The translations under genes were made by a program, and so were the position numbers. A stretch of DNA of 64,000 nt from positions 448,001 through 512,000 of the forward strand of contig CAVXXK010000001.1 of NCBI GenBank assembly GCA_963765675.1. The letters run 5' to 3'. Source of the DNA: an uncultured delta proteobacterium (lineage in GTDB: Bacteria > Desulfobacterota > Binatia > Binatales > Binataceae). Positions within the stretch are counted from its first letter, which is position 1. Every line of letters starts with the position of its first letter. Positions 1 through 10,252 of the stretch are shown here, piece by piece. The notes below the pieces were generated by a model. That model saw nothing but the letters and a program-made list of their open reading frames with translations, made no database searches and had not been told where the DNA came from.

Positions 1-211
1 CGCGCTGCTGATTGTAGCGCGTGAGCAGAAAGTAAAGCTGCGCGGGAAAGGCGTACTTTTCGGGCTCGGCGTAAAAGCGCGGCAGGAAGGGATTGTTGTC
101 GGCGTCTTCGAGCAGCAGCCGCGCGCTCAATTCCTTAGCCAGCATCTGCGCCAGACTGGTTTTGCCGACGCCGATCGGTCCTTCGACGGCAATATAGCCG
201 CGCCGCTTCAT
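1..211 (-). CDS. deoxynucleoside kinase (partial, runs off window start)
   Basis: Manual translation MKRRGYIAVEGPIGVGKTSLAQMLAKEL...NPFLPRFY...FPAQLYFLLTRY; dNK P-loop EGxIGxGKT. Confidence 0.85.
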   Translation of the reverse strand, partial: MKRRGYIAVEGPIGVGKTSLAQMLAKELSARLLLEDADNNPFLPRFYAEPEKYAFPAQLYFLLTRYNQQR

Positions 212-273
212 CAGGTATGCGGTTTCAGCCCTGCGCGTTTCGCGCCGCGTGCTGCGAGTCTCGCGCGCGAGGG

Positions 274-1167
274 TCAGCCCTTCTTGCGATGCTTCTTCGC
301 CTCGTCACGCAGCTTCTTGACCTCGGCGTCGGGCGCGCCACCGCGCTCCTCGAGGTCGGCCGCGGTATCGTAATCGGGCGGAGTGCGGCGGAGATAGACC
401 TGCGCCAGCTCGATATTGGCGCTCTTGTTGTCGGGATCGAAAGTGAGGACATCATTCAGCAGCCGGAACGTCGCGTCCGGCGTGCCCGCCGAGTTGGCGG
501 CCTCGTTGGCTGAATGCAGCACGGCATCCGATGCGGGGTCGAGTGTATGCTTTCCCTGCGCTTCGGCCAGCATGATATAGCCGCGGACCGCCTGGTCGTA
601 GGTCGTGACCGCATCCGCGTATTTCTTGTCTTTGACCTGCTGGTCGCCCTGCTGCACGACCATCGGCACCGCCTGCGCGACCACGGCGGTAACCTTGGCG
701 CGGGTCGATTGGCTATGCGTCGCAAGCAGCGCGTCCTTGAGCGCGGCCATCCCGCCCGCGGTGTCGCCCGACTTGATCTGGTCGAGCGCCTTGTTTGCGT
801 TATCGACCATCTCCTGGATCGCGCGGTACATCCGCGCCTTCTGCATCAGCTTCTGATCGGTCGGGTCAAGGGCAGAGGCTTCGTTGAAGTCCTTGCCGGC
901 GTCATCCTGATGCCCCAGCACTTCGTCGAGCTGGCCCAGCAGCTTCCACGCGTCGAGGTTCTTGGGGTCGTCCTTGACCGCCTCGTGCAGCATGTCGCGC
1001 GATTGTTCGAGCAGCTTCTCGCGATCGTCGGGAGAAGATTCCATCGCTTTCTTGGCGGTGTCGTTGGCCTGAAAGACCAGCTTCTCGGACTTGGTCTGGC
1101 ATCCGCTGATGACCGGAAGCAGAAGCAGGATTGGAATGATCAGCGCGCGCGCGACGGCTCTTCGCAT
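274..1167 (-). CDS. TPR-repeat lipoprotein
   Basis: Signal peptide with lipobox ISGC; helical repeats with DPxN turns. Confidence 0.7.
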   Translation of the reverse strand: MRRAVARALIIPILLLLPVISGCQTKSEKLVFQANDTAKKAMESSPDDREKLLEQSRDMLHEAVKDDPKNLDAWKLLGQLDEVLGHQDDAGKDFNEASALDPTDQKLMQKARMYRAIQEMVDNANKALDQIKSGDTAGGMAALKDALLATHSQSTRAKVTAVVAQAVPMVVQQGDQQVKDKKYADAVTTYDQAVRGYIMLAEAQGKHTLDPASDAVLHSANEAANSAGTPDATFRLLNDVLTFDPDNKSANIELAQVYLRRTPPDYDTAADLEERGGAPDAEVKKLRDEAKKHRKKG

Positions 1168-1273
1168 CGACGTTCTTCCTCTCGAGGATTATCACCCGAC
1201 GGACGGGTCGGGATGAGTTTTCAGGCAACGCGACGGGATTGTCAAGGCGGGAGCAGCCGCGATGGCCGCGCGA

Positions 1274-2218
1274 TCAGTCCGCGGGCATCGGGAGCGGGAA
1301 ATGCACGCGCTCTTTGGCGACGCTCATCAGCTCGACGGCGGCGCCGCGATCCGCGAACGCGCCGATAATCTCCTCGACCAGCCATTCCGGTGAAGAGGCG
1401 CTCGCGGTCAGTCCCAGAGCCTTCACTCCGGCGAGCATCTGGTCCTCGACGTCGGCCAGCGAATCGACCAGAAAAGCGCGTGCGCCGCGCTGGCGGGCAA
1501 CCTCGACCAGGCGGTTCGCATTCGAGCTTTGTTTCGATCCTACCACCAGCACCGCGTCCGAAACGGCGACCAGCTCCTTGACCGCGTTCTGCCGATTCTG
1601 GGTCGCGTAGCAGATGTCGTCGGTCTTGGGCGTGAGCATCGCGGGAAAGCGCGTTCTGAGCGTCTCCATGATCTCGCGGGTGTCGTCGACGCTGAGCGTC
1701 GTCTGGGTGACCGCCGCGCATCGCGACGGATCGGAAATCTCACACGCGCGCGCCTCATCGACCGAACCCACCAGCACGACTTTGCCGGGAGCGACGCCGA
1801 GGGTGCCCTTCACTTCCTCGTGTCCCTGATGCCCGACCAGCACGACGGTGCGCCCTTCGTTGGCGTAGCGCTCGACTTCGTCGTGGACCTTGGTCACCAA
1901 GGGGCATGTCGCATCGATCACGCGCAGGCGGCGGTCCTTGGCATGATCCCACTCGCTCGGTGCCACGCCGTGCGCGCTGAAGATGACGCGCTGGCCCGCA
2001 GGGACCGCGTCGAGGCTATCGACGAAGATCGCGCCCTCGGCCTCGAGCGCCTCTAGCACGAAGCGATTGTGCACGATCTGGTGCCGCACATAGAGCGGTC
2101 GCCCGAACGAACGCAGAGCACCGCGCACCGCCTCGACCGCGCGATCAACGCCGGCGCAGAAGCCGCGAGGCTCGGCAAGGATGATCTTTTCAACGGAAGT
2201 TTCGCCCAATGACATCAT
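1274..2218 (-). CDS. ispH: 4-hydroxy-3-methylbut-2-enyl diphosphate reductase
   Basis: PRGFCAGVDRA, SAHGV, DATCPLVTKVH, QTTLS, ICYATQNRQ, SSN motifs; start trimmed from ORF track. Confidence 0.95.
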   Translation of the reverse strand: MMSLGETSVEKIILAEPRGFCAGVDRAVEAVRGALRSFGRPLYVRHQIVHNRFVLEALEAEGAIFVDSLDAVPAGQRVIFSAHGVAPSEWDHAKDRRLRVIDATCPLVTKVHDEVERYANEGRTVVLVGHQGHEEVKGTLGVAPGKVVLVGSVDEARACEISDPSRCAAVTQTTLSVDDTREIMETLRTRFPAMLTPKTDDICYATQNRQNAVKELVAVSDAVLVVGSKQSSNANRLVEVARQRGARAFLVDSLADVEDQMLAGVKALGLTASASSPEWLVEEIIGAFADRGAAVELMSVAKERVHFPLPMPAD

Positions 2219-2247
2219 CTGAGATGTATCCAACGCTGTCCGTTCGG

Positions 2248-2955
2248 TCAATGCGAGTGTTCCGGCTCCGGCGGGTGCGAGGTTTGGCAGCCTATCCAGA
2301 CTTCGCCGCCTTCGAAGTGTTCTTTTTTCCAGATTGGCACCACTTCTTTTAGACGATCGATTGCGAAGCGGCAGGCTTCGAAGGCTTCGGCGCGATGCGC
2401 CGCGGCAACCGCAATCGCTACCGAGGTCTCGCCTATCTCGACGACGCCGATCCGGTGCGCGATCGCGATTCGCACTATCGGCCACCTTTTGCCCGCCTCG
2501 CGCGCGAGCTTGCGCATCTCGCGCAGTGCCATCGGCTCGTAGGCTTCGTACTCGAGGCGCGTGACTTGGCGGCCCGCGTTGGTCTGGCGGGTCGTTCCGG
2601 CGAACGTGACGAGCGCGCCCGCGGCGGGGCTTGAAACGGCGCGCTCGAGCGCTGCTATATCGATCGGCGCGCGCCCGATCGTTATCGGGCCAATAAAGGA
2701 ATCATCCGCGCCGCCGCTGACTGGCGGGATGAACGCGATCTCGTCGCCCGCGTGCGGCTTGAAATCACCCTCGACGTATTCCTGGTTGACCGCGAAGCCG
2801 ACGGAATCGCGATGACCGCCGAGCGCGGGGAACTCGCGCACCATCGCACGCCAGATTTCCGCGACCGTGGTGCCGTCGGGAAATTCCCGCGAGAGTTCTG
2901 TCTGCCCCGCGCGCTCGCGCAGCGTCGCAAAAAGCTTGAGCGTGATTCGATTCAT
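2248..2955 (-). CDS. moaD-moaE: fused molybdopterin synthase MoaD-MoaE
   Basis: N-terminal LFATLRE...FAVNQEY...IPPVSGG followed by LEYEAYEPMA, HRIG, LKEVVPIWKKE. Confidence 0.92.
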   Translation of the reverse strand: MNRITLKLFATLRERAGQTELSREFPDGTTVAEIWRAMVREFPALGGHRDSVGFAVNQEYVEGDFKPHAGDEIAFIPPVSGGADDSFIGPITIGRAPIDIAALERAVSSPAAGALVTFAGTTRQTNAGRQVTRLEYEAYEPMALREMRKLAREAGKRWPIVRIAIAHRIGVVEIGETSVAIAVAAAHRAEAFEACRFAIDRLKEVVPIWKKEHFEGGEVWIGCQTSHPPEPEHSH

Positions 2956-2962
2956 CGCGCGG

Positions 2963-3460
2963 TCACTCCGCGAGCAGATACGCGATATGCCCGATCTCGG
3001 GCAGGATCAGTTTTTCCATCGCGAGCCGGCACGCGGCGGTAGAGCCGGGCAGCGCCGCGATGAATTTTCCGTGGACGATTCCGGCGACCGCCCGCGAGAG
3101 CATCGCGGCCGCGCCGACCTCCTGGTACGAGAGCATCCGGAATATCTCACCGAATCCGTCGAGCTTCTTTTCGAGCATCGGCTCAACCGCCTCGATCGTC
3201 GAGTCGCGCCGCGCCACCCCGGTCCCGCCGGTTACGATAATCGCGTCGAGATTGGGCAGGTTCGCGGTTATCGCCGCCGCGATCTGCTCGCGCTCGTCAG
3301 GAATGACTTCGTAGTGGGCGACGACGTGCCCTGCGACTTCCAGCATCTGGCGGATCAGCGCGCCGCTGCGGTCAGTCTCGGCGATACGCGTATCGCTGGC
3401 GGTGATTATTCCGACCCGGAGATTTCGGCGCCCGTGCGCGTGATGCTCGTGCGATGCCAT
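2963..3460 (-). CDS. moaB: molybdenum cofactor biosynthesis protein MoaB/MogA
   Basis: ASDTR, DRSG, TGGTG, GFGEIFRMLSY, SRA, LPGS motifs. Confidence 0.9.
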   Translation of the reverse strand: MASHEHHAHGRRNLRVGIITASDTRIAETDRSGALIRQMLEVAGHVVAHYEVIPDEREQIAAAITANLPNLDAIIVTGGTGVARRDSTIEAVEPMLEKKLDGFGEIFRMLSYQEVGAAAMLSRAVAGIVHGKFIAALPGSTAACRLAMEKLILPEIGHIAYLLAE

Positions 3461-3629
3461 TTCTTCACCAAACCGCTTGCGCCCCGATTATATGCATCAA
3501 TTACAAATCGCGCACCCGGCTCGGTTACGTCTTGACATCACCCCCATGACTCGCGCGGCCCGTATGCTACTCTCTAAGGCTGATTCTGCGACGGGTTGTA
3601 GTGCCTGGCGCGCGATGAGGGGGACGACG

Positions 3630-4796
3630 ATGCGGCTGATGATGACGCGGTTGATGAAGGTATCGGCGGCGGTGGCGGTGCTGATGCTGGGGGCGGCGGC
3701 GACTGCGCGAGCAGGCAGCGTTCCCGACATCAAGAGCAGTCCGATCCAGAATCAGGTCCTGATCGCCGGCGGCGAAGATATGCCCGGCGACGCGCTGGAT
3801 ACCGCCGAGCTTTACAACCCCAATCTTCAGACCTTCACCCTCGTCACCACCACGATGAGCGACGCGCGGATGTATCACACCTGCACGCGCATCAATGGCA
3901 AGCTGCTGCTGATCACCGGTGGCGAGAACGCGACCTCAACGGCGCTGGGGAGCGCCGATCTGTTCACCGTCAAAACCCTGGCGCTGACACCCACGCATGA
4001 GATGATGGTCTCGCCGCATACGCGGCAAACCGCGACGCTGACCAAAGCGGGCAAGGTGCTTATCGCTGGCGGGCTCGATGATACCGGCGCGGTGACCGGC
4101 GTCGCCGAGAACTTTAAGGATAATGCGGGAGGAACCTTCACCGCCGCCGCCAATCCTCTGCGCACCAAACGCGAGTTCGCCACCGCGACGAAGATCAAGG
4201 GCGGCCTGGTGCTGATTGCCGGCGGAATCGGTGCGGGCCCCGTGGTGCTGCAAAACGCCGAGATCTTCAATATCGCCAACGGCACGTTCAATTACACCCT
4301 CGGCAACATGGTCAATCGCCGGTACGATCACACGGCGACGCTACTCAACAACGGCAACGTTCTGATCACCGGCGGATACAATAGCAATGGCGTCCCGCTC
4401 AGCACGGCGGAGATTTTCAACCCTACCACCCGGTTATTCACCGCGGTGGGATCCATGAACTACGCGCGCGCGCAGCACACCGCGACGCTGCTGCAGGGCG
4501 GCCGAGTCTTTATCGCGGGAGGAGTGGGAACCTCGAAAATTCTCGCCACCGCCGAGATTTATGATCCAACGAGCGGTAGTTTCACCACCGTGGGACCGAC
4601 GATGACCGACAGCCGCGCCGGCCATACTGCCACCCTGCTCAACAATGGCACGGTGCTGATCGCGGGCGGAGTCGACCAGGCTGGCGTGATCGTGAACACT
4701 GCGGAGATTTACAATTCGGCGGGTTCGAGCAGCTTCAAGGCCACCGGTTCAATGAACTCGGCACGCATCTATCACACGGCCGTGCTCATCAAATAG
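3630..4796 (+). CDS. secreted kelch-repeat beta-propeller protein
   Basis: Signal peptide; about 7 repeats of R..HTATLL.NG.VLIAGG...TAEIY. Confidence 0.85.
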   Translation: MRLMMTRLMKVSAAVAVLMLGAAATARAGSVPDIKSSPIQNQVLIAGGEDMPGDALDTAELYNPNLQTFTLVTTTMSDARMYHTCTRINGKLLLITGGENATSTALGSADLFTVKTLALTPTHEMMVSPHTRQTATLTKAGKVLIAGGLDDTGAVTGVAENFKDNAGGTFTAAANPLRTKREFATATKIKGGLVLIAGGIGAGPVVLQNAEIFNIANGTFNYTLGNMVNRRYDHTATLLNNGNVLITGGYNSNGVPLSTAEIFNPTTRLFTAVGSMNYARAQHTATLLQGGRVFIAGGVGTSKILATAEIYDPTSGSFTTVGPTMTDSRAGHTATLLNNGTVLIAGGVDQAGVIVNTAEIYNSAGSSSFKATGSMNSARIYHTAVLIK

Positions 4797-4873
4797 CCGC
4801 GGCAGTTGCGCACAACCGCGCTGTCAGAGTCGATAGCATTCGCGTTGGCGGCGCGCGATCTGTATGAGTTCCT

Positions 4874-5602
4874 ATGCTCCGCGACGCCGCAATGACTGAA
4901 GAGTCCAACTCCAAACCACGCGAACGCCGCGCATGGCCGTGGCTCGTAGTGGTCGCGCTTGCGCTGGTCGCCGTGATCCTGCTGGGGCGGCGCTTCGGCG
5001 GCGAACTCTCGATCCTGCTCGACCGGATCCGGACCCTCGGACCCGCCGCGCCAATCGCGTTTATCGCGATCTACATCGTCGCCTGCGTATTGTTCATTCC
5101 CGGATCGATTCTGACGATCGGCGCCGGAGTGTTGTTCGGCGTCGTATGGGGTTCGATCTATGTCTCGATCGCGGCGACGGCCGGTGCGAGCGCCGCGTTT
5201 ATACTCGGGCGATATTTTTTGCGCGCGATGGTCGCACGGCGGATCGAGGGCAACCGGTCATTCAAGGCGATCGATGAAGCGGTTGCGCGCGAAGGATGGA
5301 AAATCGTCGCGCTCACCCGCCTGTCACCGGTCTTCCCGTTCAACCTGCTGAACTATGCTTTCGGTCTGACCCGCGTCTCGTTTGCCGACTATGTAATCGC
5401 ATCGTGGGCCGGGATGATCCCCGGCACCGTGATGTACGTCTATATCGGCTCGATAAGCGGAGACCTTGCGCGCGCCGCGTCGGGGAATCATCCGCGTCCC
5501 GCTGCGGGATGGATCCTCAATGTGGTCGGCCTGGTGGCGACAATCGCGGTAGCGGTCTATGCGACGCGGATCGGCTCGCGCGCGCTCAAAGAGCGGACTT
5601 GA
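4874..5602 (+). CDS. TVP38/TMEM64 (DedA/VTT) membrane protein
   Basis: IPGSILTIGAGVLFG, RLSPVFPFNLLNYAFGLT. Confidence 0.9.
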   Translation: MLRDAAMTEESNSKPRERRAWPWLVVVALALVAVILLGRRFGGELSILLDRIRTLGPAAPIAFIAIYIVACVLFIPGSILTIGAGVLFGVVWGSIYVSIAATAGASAAFILGRYFLRAMVARRIEGNRSFKAIDEAVAREGWKIVALTRLSPVFPFNLLNYAFGLTRVSFADYVIASWAGMIPGTVMYVYIGSISGDLARAASGNHPRPAAGWILNVVGLVATIAVAVYATRIGSRALKERT

Positions 5603-5632
5603 GGCAGCAGGATCGCGAGAGGGAAATCCCCG

Positions 5633-7156
5633 ATGGATTGGCAGTCGCTCGAAATCATCCCGCTTGATGATCATAACCTCGCCCTGCTGGAAAATGTTCA
5701 TCCCGCCGAATGGACGAATCCCACGCCTTCTGGACGTTACAACCTGGTCGTCGTCGGAGCCGGCACCGCGGGGCTGGTCTCCGCAGTCGGTGCAGCGGGT
5801 CTGGGCGCAAAGGTTGCCGTCATCGAGCGTGACCTGATGGGTGGCGATTGCCTGAACTTCGGATGCGTTCCGTCCAAGGCGCTAATCGCCTCGGCGCGGG
5901 CGGCCGCGGGGGCGCGTGCCGCGCACGAATTTGGAATCGAAGTGCCGCTCGGAGTTCGCGCGGACTTCGCAGCCGTCGCCGCGCGGATGCGCGCGCTGCG
6001 CGCATCGGTTGCGCACAATGATTCGGCGGCGCGCCTGCGCGATCTCGGAGTCGACGTATATTTCGGCGCCGCGCGGTTCGTCGCTCGCGACGCGGTCGAG
6101 GTCGAGGGCACGCGGCTCACCTTTCGCCGCGCCGCAATCGCAACCGGAGCGCGCGCCTCCGCTCCGGCGATTCCCGGACTTGCGGAAACCGGTTACCTGA
6201 CCAACGAAACCGTTTTCTCGATGACCGAGTTGCCGGCGCGGCTCGCGATAATCGGTGGCGGCCCGATCGGATGCGAGCTGGCGCAGGCGCTGCGGCGTCT
6301 CGGCGCCGAGGTCACACTGCTGGAAGTCCTGCCGCACGTGCTCGCGCGCGAAGATCGCGACGCCGCCGAAGCAGTCGAGGCCGCGCTCCGGCGCGACGGC
6401 GTTGCGATCGCCGACGGCTGCACGATCCTTCGGGTCGAGCGCCGCGGCCATGACAAGATTCTGCGTATCGAATCTGAACACGCGCAGTCGGAAATCGCGG
6501 TTGACCAAATTATCGTCGGCGCGGGACGCGCTCCAGCCGTCGACGGGCTTGGACTCGAAGCCGCCGGGGTCGCGTACGATCGCGTCGCGGGAATCCATGT
6601 CGATGACTACCTGCGCACCAGCAATTCGCGCATCTACGCCGCCGGAGATTGCGCGTCAGCGCTCAAGTTCACGCATCTGTCGGACGCACACGCGCGAATC
6701 GTTTTGCGCAACGCCCTGTTCCGCGGCCGCCAGAAGGTGAGCGCGCTCACGATCCCGTGGTGCACCTATACCGATCCGGAAATCGCACACGTCGGCCTTG
6801 GCGAGGAAGAGGCACGCGAGCGAGGAATCAAGATCACCACCTTCACGCAGCCGATGGCGGAGGTCGATCGCGCGATCCTGGAGGGACAGACCCACGGCTT
6901 CGTGAAGATTCACGTCCGCGCCGGAACCGATCAGATCGTCGGCGCGACAATCGTCGCAGCGCACGCGGGCGAGATGATTTCCGAAATCACGCTTGCGATG
7001 ACCGCCGCAGTGGGGCTCGGCAAGCTCGGCGACGTGATTCATCCCTATCCGACCCAGGCCGAGGCGATTCGAAAGGTCGCGAATCAGTACGCGCGCACCC
7101 GGCTCACGCCGTTTGCGGCGAAGCTGTTCAAGCGATGGTTCGCATGGACCCGCTAG
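5633..7156 (+). CDS. pyridine nucleotide-disulfide oxidoreductase (mercuric reductase-like)
   Basis: GAGTAG, GGDCLNFGCVPSK, GGGPIG, HPYPT; no C-terminal Cys-Cys. Confidence 0.88.
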   Translation: MDWQSLEIIPLDDHNLALLENVHPAEWTNPTPSGRYNLVVVGAGTAGLVSAVGAAGLGAKVAVIERDLMGGDCLNFGCVPSKALIASARAAAGARAAHEFGIEVPLGVRADFAAVAARMRALRASVAHNDSAARLRDLGVDVYFGAARFVARDAVEVEGTRLTFRRAAIATGARASAPAIPGLAETGYLTNETVFSMTELPARLAIIGGGPIGCELAQALRRLGAEVTLLEVLPHVLAREDRDAAEAVEAALRRDGVAIADGCTILRVERRGHDKILRIESEHAQSEIAVDQIIVGAGRAPAVDGLGLEAAGVAYDRVAGIHVDDYLRTSNSRIYAAGDCASALKFTHLSDAHARIVLRNALFRGRQKVSALTIPWCTYTDPEIAHVGLGEEEARERGIKITTFTQPMAEVDRAILEGQTHGFVKIHVRAGTDQIVGATIVAAHAGEMISEITLAMTAAVGLGKLGDVIHPYPTQAEAIRKVANQYARTRLTPFAAKLFKRWFAWTR

Positions 7157-7171
7157 CGCTGGAGGCTTTGT

Positions 7172-7375
7172 TCAGCGCAGGCGCAGATTGAATGCTTGCC
7201 GCCCCTTCTCTCCGGGACGAACCTCGAACTGCACCTCCGCGCCCTCGCGCAGATCCTCGAAATAAACTTTGGGCGACAGCCGCGATCGATGGAAAAATAC
7301 TTCGTCGCCGCCGTCGTCGGGCTCGATAAATCCAAACCCCTTGTCCTTGACGACTTTCTTGATCGTGCCAAACAC
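7172..7375 (-). CDS. cold shock domain protein
   Basis: KGFGFI (RNP1), VFFHRS (RNP2), 67 aa. Confidence 0.9.
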   Translation of the reverse strand: MFGTIKKVVKDKGFGFIEPDDGGDEVFFHRSRLSPKVYFEDLREGAEVQFEVRPGEKGRQAFNLRLR

Positions 7376-7476
7376 TGCGTTGTCCTCCGACGATGCTTTG
7401 GTAGCCGCTATTGTTGAGCTTACGGCGCCGTCACCGTATGTAAAGGGAATCGCGCGCCGCGCGGGATGATTAAATT

Positions 7477-7710
7477 ATGCTGAAAGCCGTCACCCTGAAG
7501 GAAATCGAGCGGATTTTCGAAATCCTCGACGCGATGAACATCTCGCGCGAGGCGGTCGTCATCCCGCTGCGCCCGGAGCATCCCGGCCGCGTCTCGATCA
7601 TGAAGGATGGCAAGCTCGAAATCGTGGTCGAGCGCGACGGCGACTTCGAGGACTGGGTCAGTGGGCTTCGCGCTCAGATTGATTCGCTGATGAACCCGGA
7701 ACCGGACTAA
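7477..7710 (+). CDS. small hypothetical protein
   Basis: 77 aa ORF with typical codon usage, divergent from csp. Confidence 0.6.
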   Translation: MLKAVTLKEIERIFEILDAMNISREAVVIPLRPEHPGRVSIMKDGKLEIVVERDGDFEDWVSGLRAQIDSLMNPEPD

Positions 7711-8182
7711 GCTCGACCAACACCGCGCCGTGATCGATATTGTCGCCTGGCGCGACGCGCACCCGCTTGACCATCGCGTCGCTCTCGGCCGCAAGCGCGG
7801 TCTCCATCTTCATCGCTTCGATCACGACCAGCGGCTGTCCCGCGGACACACGGTCGCCGTCCTTGACCAACACCTTGAGCACCTTACCGGGCATCGGCGC
7901 AGTCACCTCGGACGCGGCCAGTCCGCCACGCGCGCGGCGCGCGCCAGATTCGGCGGGAACGAAATCGAATGTGCGCGGCCCGACGGCGACCAGGATCGCG
8001 TCTTTTCGGCGCGCGCCGAGAATCCGAAACCGCCGCTCGCCGATCGACAGGATCGCGCTCGCGTCGCCGAGCTGGTCGATCGTGGCCGATACGTCGCGAC
8101 CGTCAACGCGAGCGCGAATCGCGCGTCCTTCGCGCGAAATAATCTCGACCTCATGCTCTGTCGCACCGAGCTTGAGTTTCAC
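7658..8182 (-). CDS. biotin carboxyl carrier protein
   Basis: APMPGKV, EAMKM biotinylation motif; GTG start overlaps upstream stop. Confidence 0.88.
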   Translation of the reverse strand: MKLKLGATEHEVEIISREGRAIRARVDGRDVSATIDQLGDASAILSIGERRFRILGARRKDAILVAVGPRTFDFVPAESGARRARGGLAASEVTAPMPGKVLKVLVKDGDRVSAGQPLVVIEAMKMETALAAESDAMVKRVRVAPGDNIDHGAVLVELSPVPGSSANQSEREAH

Positions 8183-9690
8183 GAGCGTCTCCAGAGCTCG
8201 AAGCCGCGCAGCGCCGCCCACGGCGAGCGGTCGACTGTCGCGTTGGAAGAGTTTGCCGTCACGCGATTCCCAAGGCTTGCTCCTGGAGCACTCGTCGAGG
8301 TGAGTGCCGCCGCGATCAGTGCCGCGTCGGTCGTGGCACTATCCTCGGCCGGCCAGCGGGGAAAATGCTCCTCGATAAATCTCGTTGACAGATCGCCGCG
8401 AGCGAATGCCTCGCTCGCGATCACATCGCGCAGGAATCCCGCCGTATTGGTGACGCCAAGAATCGCAAGCTCGTCGAGCGCTCCGAGCATCCGCGTGCGC
8501 GCCTGCTTGCGGTCGGCGCCATAGGTGATCAGCTTGCCGAGCAGGCCGTCGTAGAATGCGCCGACCTCTGTCCCGCGTGCGAGATAACTATCGAAGCGGA
8601 CGCCCGGGCCCGCGGGAACGCGCAGCTCGAGCACGGTTCCAGTGGCGGGACGAAAACCCGCGGCGGCATCTTCGGCATTGATGCGGCATTCGATCGCATG
8701 GCCGCGCGGCGCGCTGGGCGCGGTTATTTTTTCGCCGCGCGCGATTTTGATCTGCTCGGCGACCAGATCGCATCCGAAACGAATCTCGGTAATCGGATGC
8801 TCGACTTGCAAACGCGCGTTCACTTCCAGGAAATAAAATTTTCCGTCTTCGACCAGGAACTCGGCCGTGCCCGCATTCGTATATCCCGCCGCTTGCGCAA
8901 GACGCGTGGCCGCCGCGAGCATCGCGTCGCGCGTTGCCTCGCCAAGTCCGGGCGCGGGTGACTCCTCTATGACCTTCTGATGCCGCCGCTGGATCGAGCA
9001 GTCGCGCTCGCCCATCGTGACGACGGTTCCATGCTCGTCGCCGAGAAACTGCACTTCGACGTGGCGCGGCCGCGCGAGGTATTTTTCTATGAACACGCGC
9101 CCGTCGCCGAACGCGGCCAGCGCCTCGCGCGATGCCGCTTCGAGCGCCGCGTCGAGGCCCAGCGCAGCCTCGACCACGCGCATCCCACGCCCTCCACCGC
9201 CCGCCGCCGCCTTGACCAGGATCGGATAGCCCTCGCGCTCGGCGAACGCGCGCGCGGCGGCCGGCTCCGCGGTTTCGATTCCGGGAACTACAGGAACGCC
9301 CGAAGCGAGCGCGAGTTTGCGCGCGGCGACTTTGTCGCCAAGCTGCGCCATCACGTCGCCACGCGGCCCGACGAAAATAATCCCGGCGTCGGTGACGGCG
9401 CGCGCGAAATCCGGCCGCTCCGAGAGAAATCCGTAGCCCGGATGAATCGCGTCGGCGCCGGCCTCGCGTGCGGCCGCGATTATCGCCGCGATATTCAGAT
9501 AGCTCTTCGCAGCTTCAGCCGGACCGATCAGGCGCGCATCGTCCGCCGCCGCAACGTGCGCGCCGTTCGCGTCGGGCTCGGAATATACCGCGACGGTTTT
9601 GATCCCCATCGCGCGCGCGGTGCGGATGATCCGGAGCGCAATCTCGCCGCGGTTGGCGACCAGCAACACGTTTAGCTTTCGCAGAGCCAT
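8179..9690 (-). CDS. biotin carboxylase subunit of an acyl-CoA carboxylase
   Basis: ANRGEIA, HPGYGFLSE, GGGGRGMR, ERDCSIQRRHQK, EVNARLQVEH. Confidence 0.93.
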   Translation of the reverse strand: MALRKLNVLLVANRGEIALRIIRTARAMGIKTVAVYSEPDANGAHVAAADDARLIGPAEAAKSYLNIAAIIAAAREAGADAIHPGYGFLSERPDFARAVTDAGIIFVGPRGDVMAQLGDKVAARKLALASGVPVVPGIETAEPAAARAFAEREGYPILVKAAAGGGGRGMRVVEAALGLDAALEAASREALAAFGDGRVFIEKYLARPRHVEVQFLGDEHGTVVTMGERDCSIQRRHQKVIEESPAPGLGEATRDAMLAAATRLAQAAGYTNAGTAEFLVEDGKFYFLEVNARLQVEHPITEIRFGCDLVAEQIKIARGEKITAPSAPRGHAIECRINAEDAAAGFRPATGTVLELRVPAGPGVRFDSYLARGTEVGAFYDGLLGKLITYGADRKQARTRMLGALDELAILGVTNTAGFLRDVIASEAFARGDLSTRFIEEHFPRWPAEDSATTDAALIAAALTSTSAPGASLGNRVTANSSNATVDRSPWAALRGFELWRRS

Positions 9691-9781
9691 CGAAGCCGGA
9701 GCGTACCATATAGACGCCGCGCCTCAAGCGCGCAGCGCCGAGATTGCAACTGCCGGCCGCCTGAGATAATCCGGCGATACG

Positions 9782-10228
9782 ATGCCGCACTACTTCGACG
9801 ATTTCTCTCCGGGCCAGCTCTACAAACATTGGCCAGGCCGCACCATCACCGAGTTCGACAACACCTGGTTCACGCTGATGACGATGAACACCAACCCCAT
9901 TCATTTCGACGCGGCGTACGCGGCCAAGTCGCAGCACGGGCGATGCCTCGTCAACGGACTGCTGGTGCTCTCGACCGTGGTCGGAATGAGCGTGAAGGAT
10001 ATCAGCGAGAACGCGATCGCGAATCTCGAATACGAGTCGGCGCGGCATAGCGCCCCGACTTTCGCCGGCGACACGCTTTACGCCGAGACCACGATCCTGG
10101 AAACCACGCCCTCGCGAAGCAAAGCCGACCGCGGAATCGTCTACGTCGAGACGCGCGGGCTCAATCAGAACGGCGAGCAGGTGATGATCCTGCGCCGCCG
10201 CGTGCTGATCCCGCGCCGGCCGGCATGA
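9782..10228 (+). CDS. MaoC family dehydratase
   Basis: GRTITEFDN, NPIHFD, PTFAGDTLYAET hot-dog fold motifs. Confidence 0.88.
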   Translation: MPHYFDDFSPGQLYKHWPGRTITEFDNTWFTLMTMNTNPIHFDAAYAAKSQHGRCLVNGLLVLSTVVGMSVKDISENAIANLEYESARHSAPTFAGDTLYAETTILETTPSRSKADRGIVYVETRGLNQNGEQVMILRRRVLIPRRPA

Positions 10229-10252
10229 ACGCGCAGCGCGAATAGTATTTCG

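Noticed and set aside
3630-4796. Internal DNA repeats as a non-coding array
   Set aside because: Fully explained by kelch protein repeats.
5633-7156. merA mercury resistance
   Set aside because: Lacks the C-terminal Cys-Cys pair and other mer genes; the TVP38 pairing fits a generic oxidoreductase.
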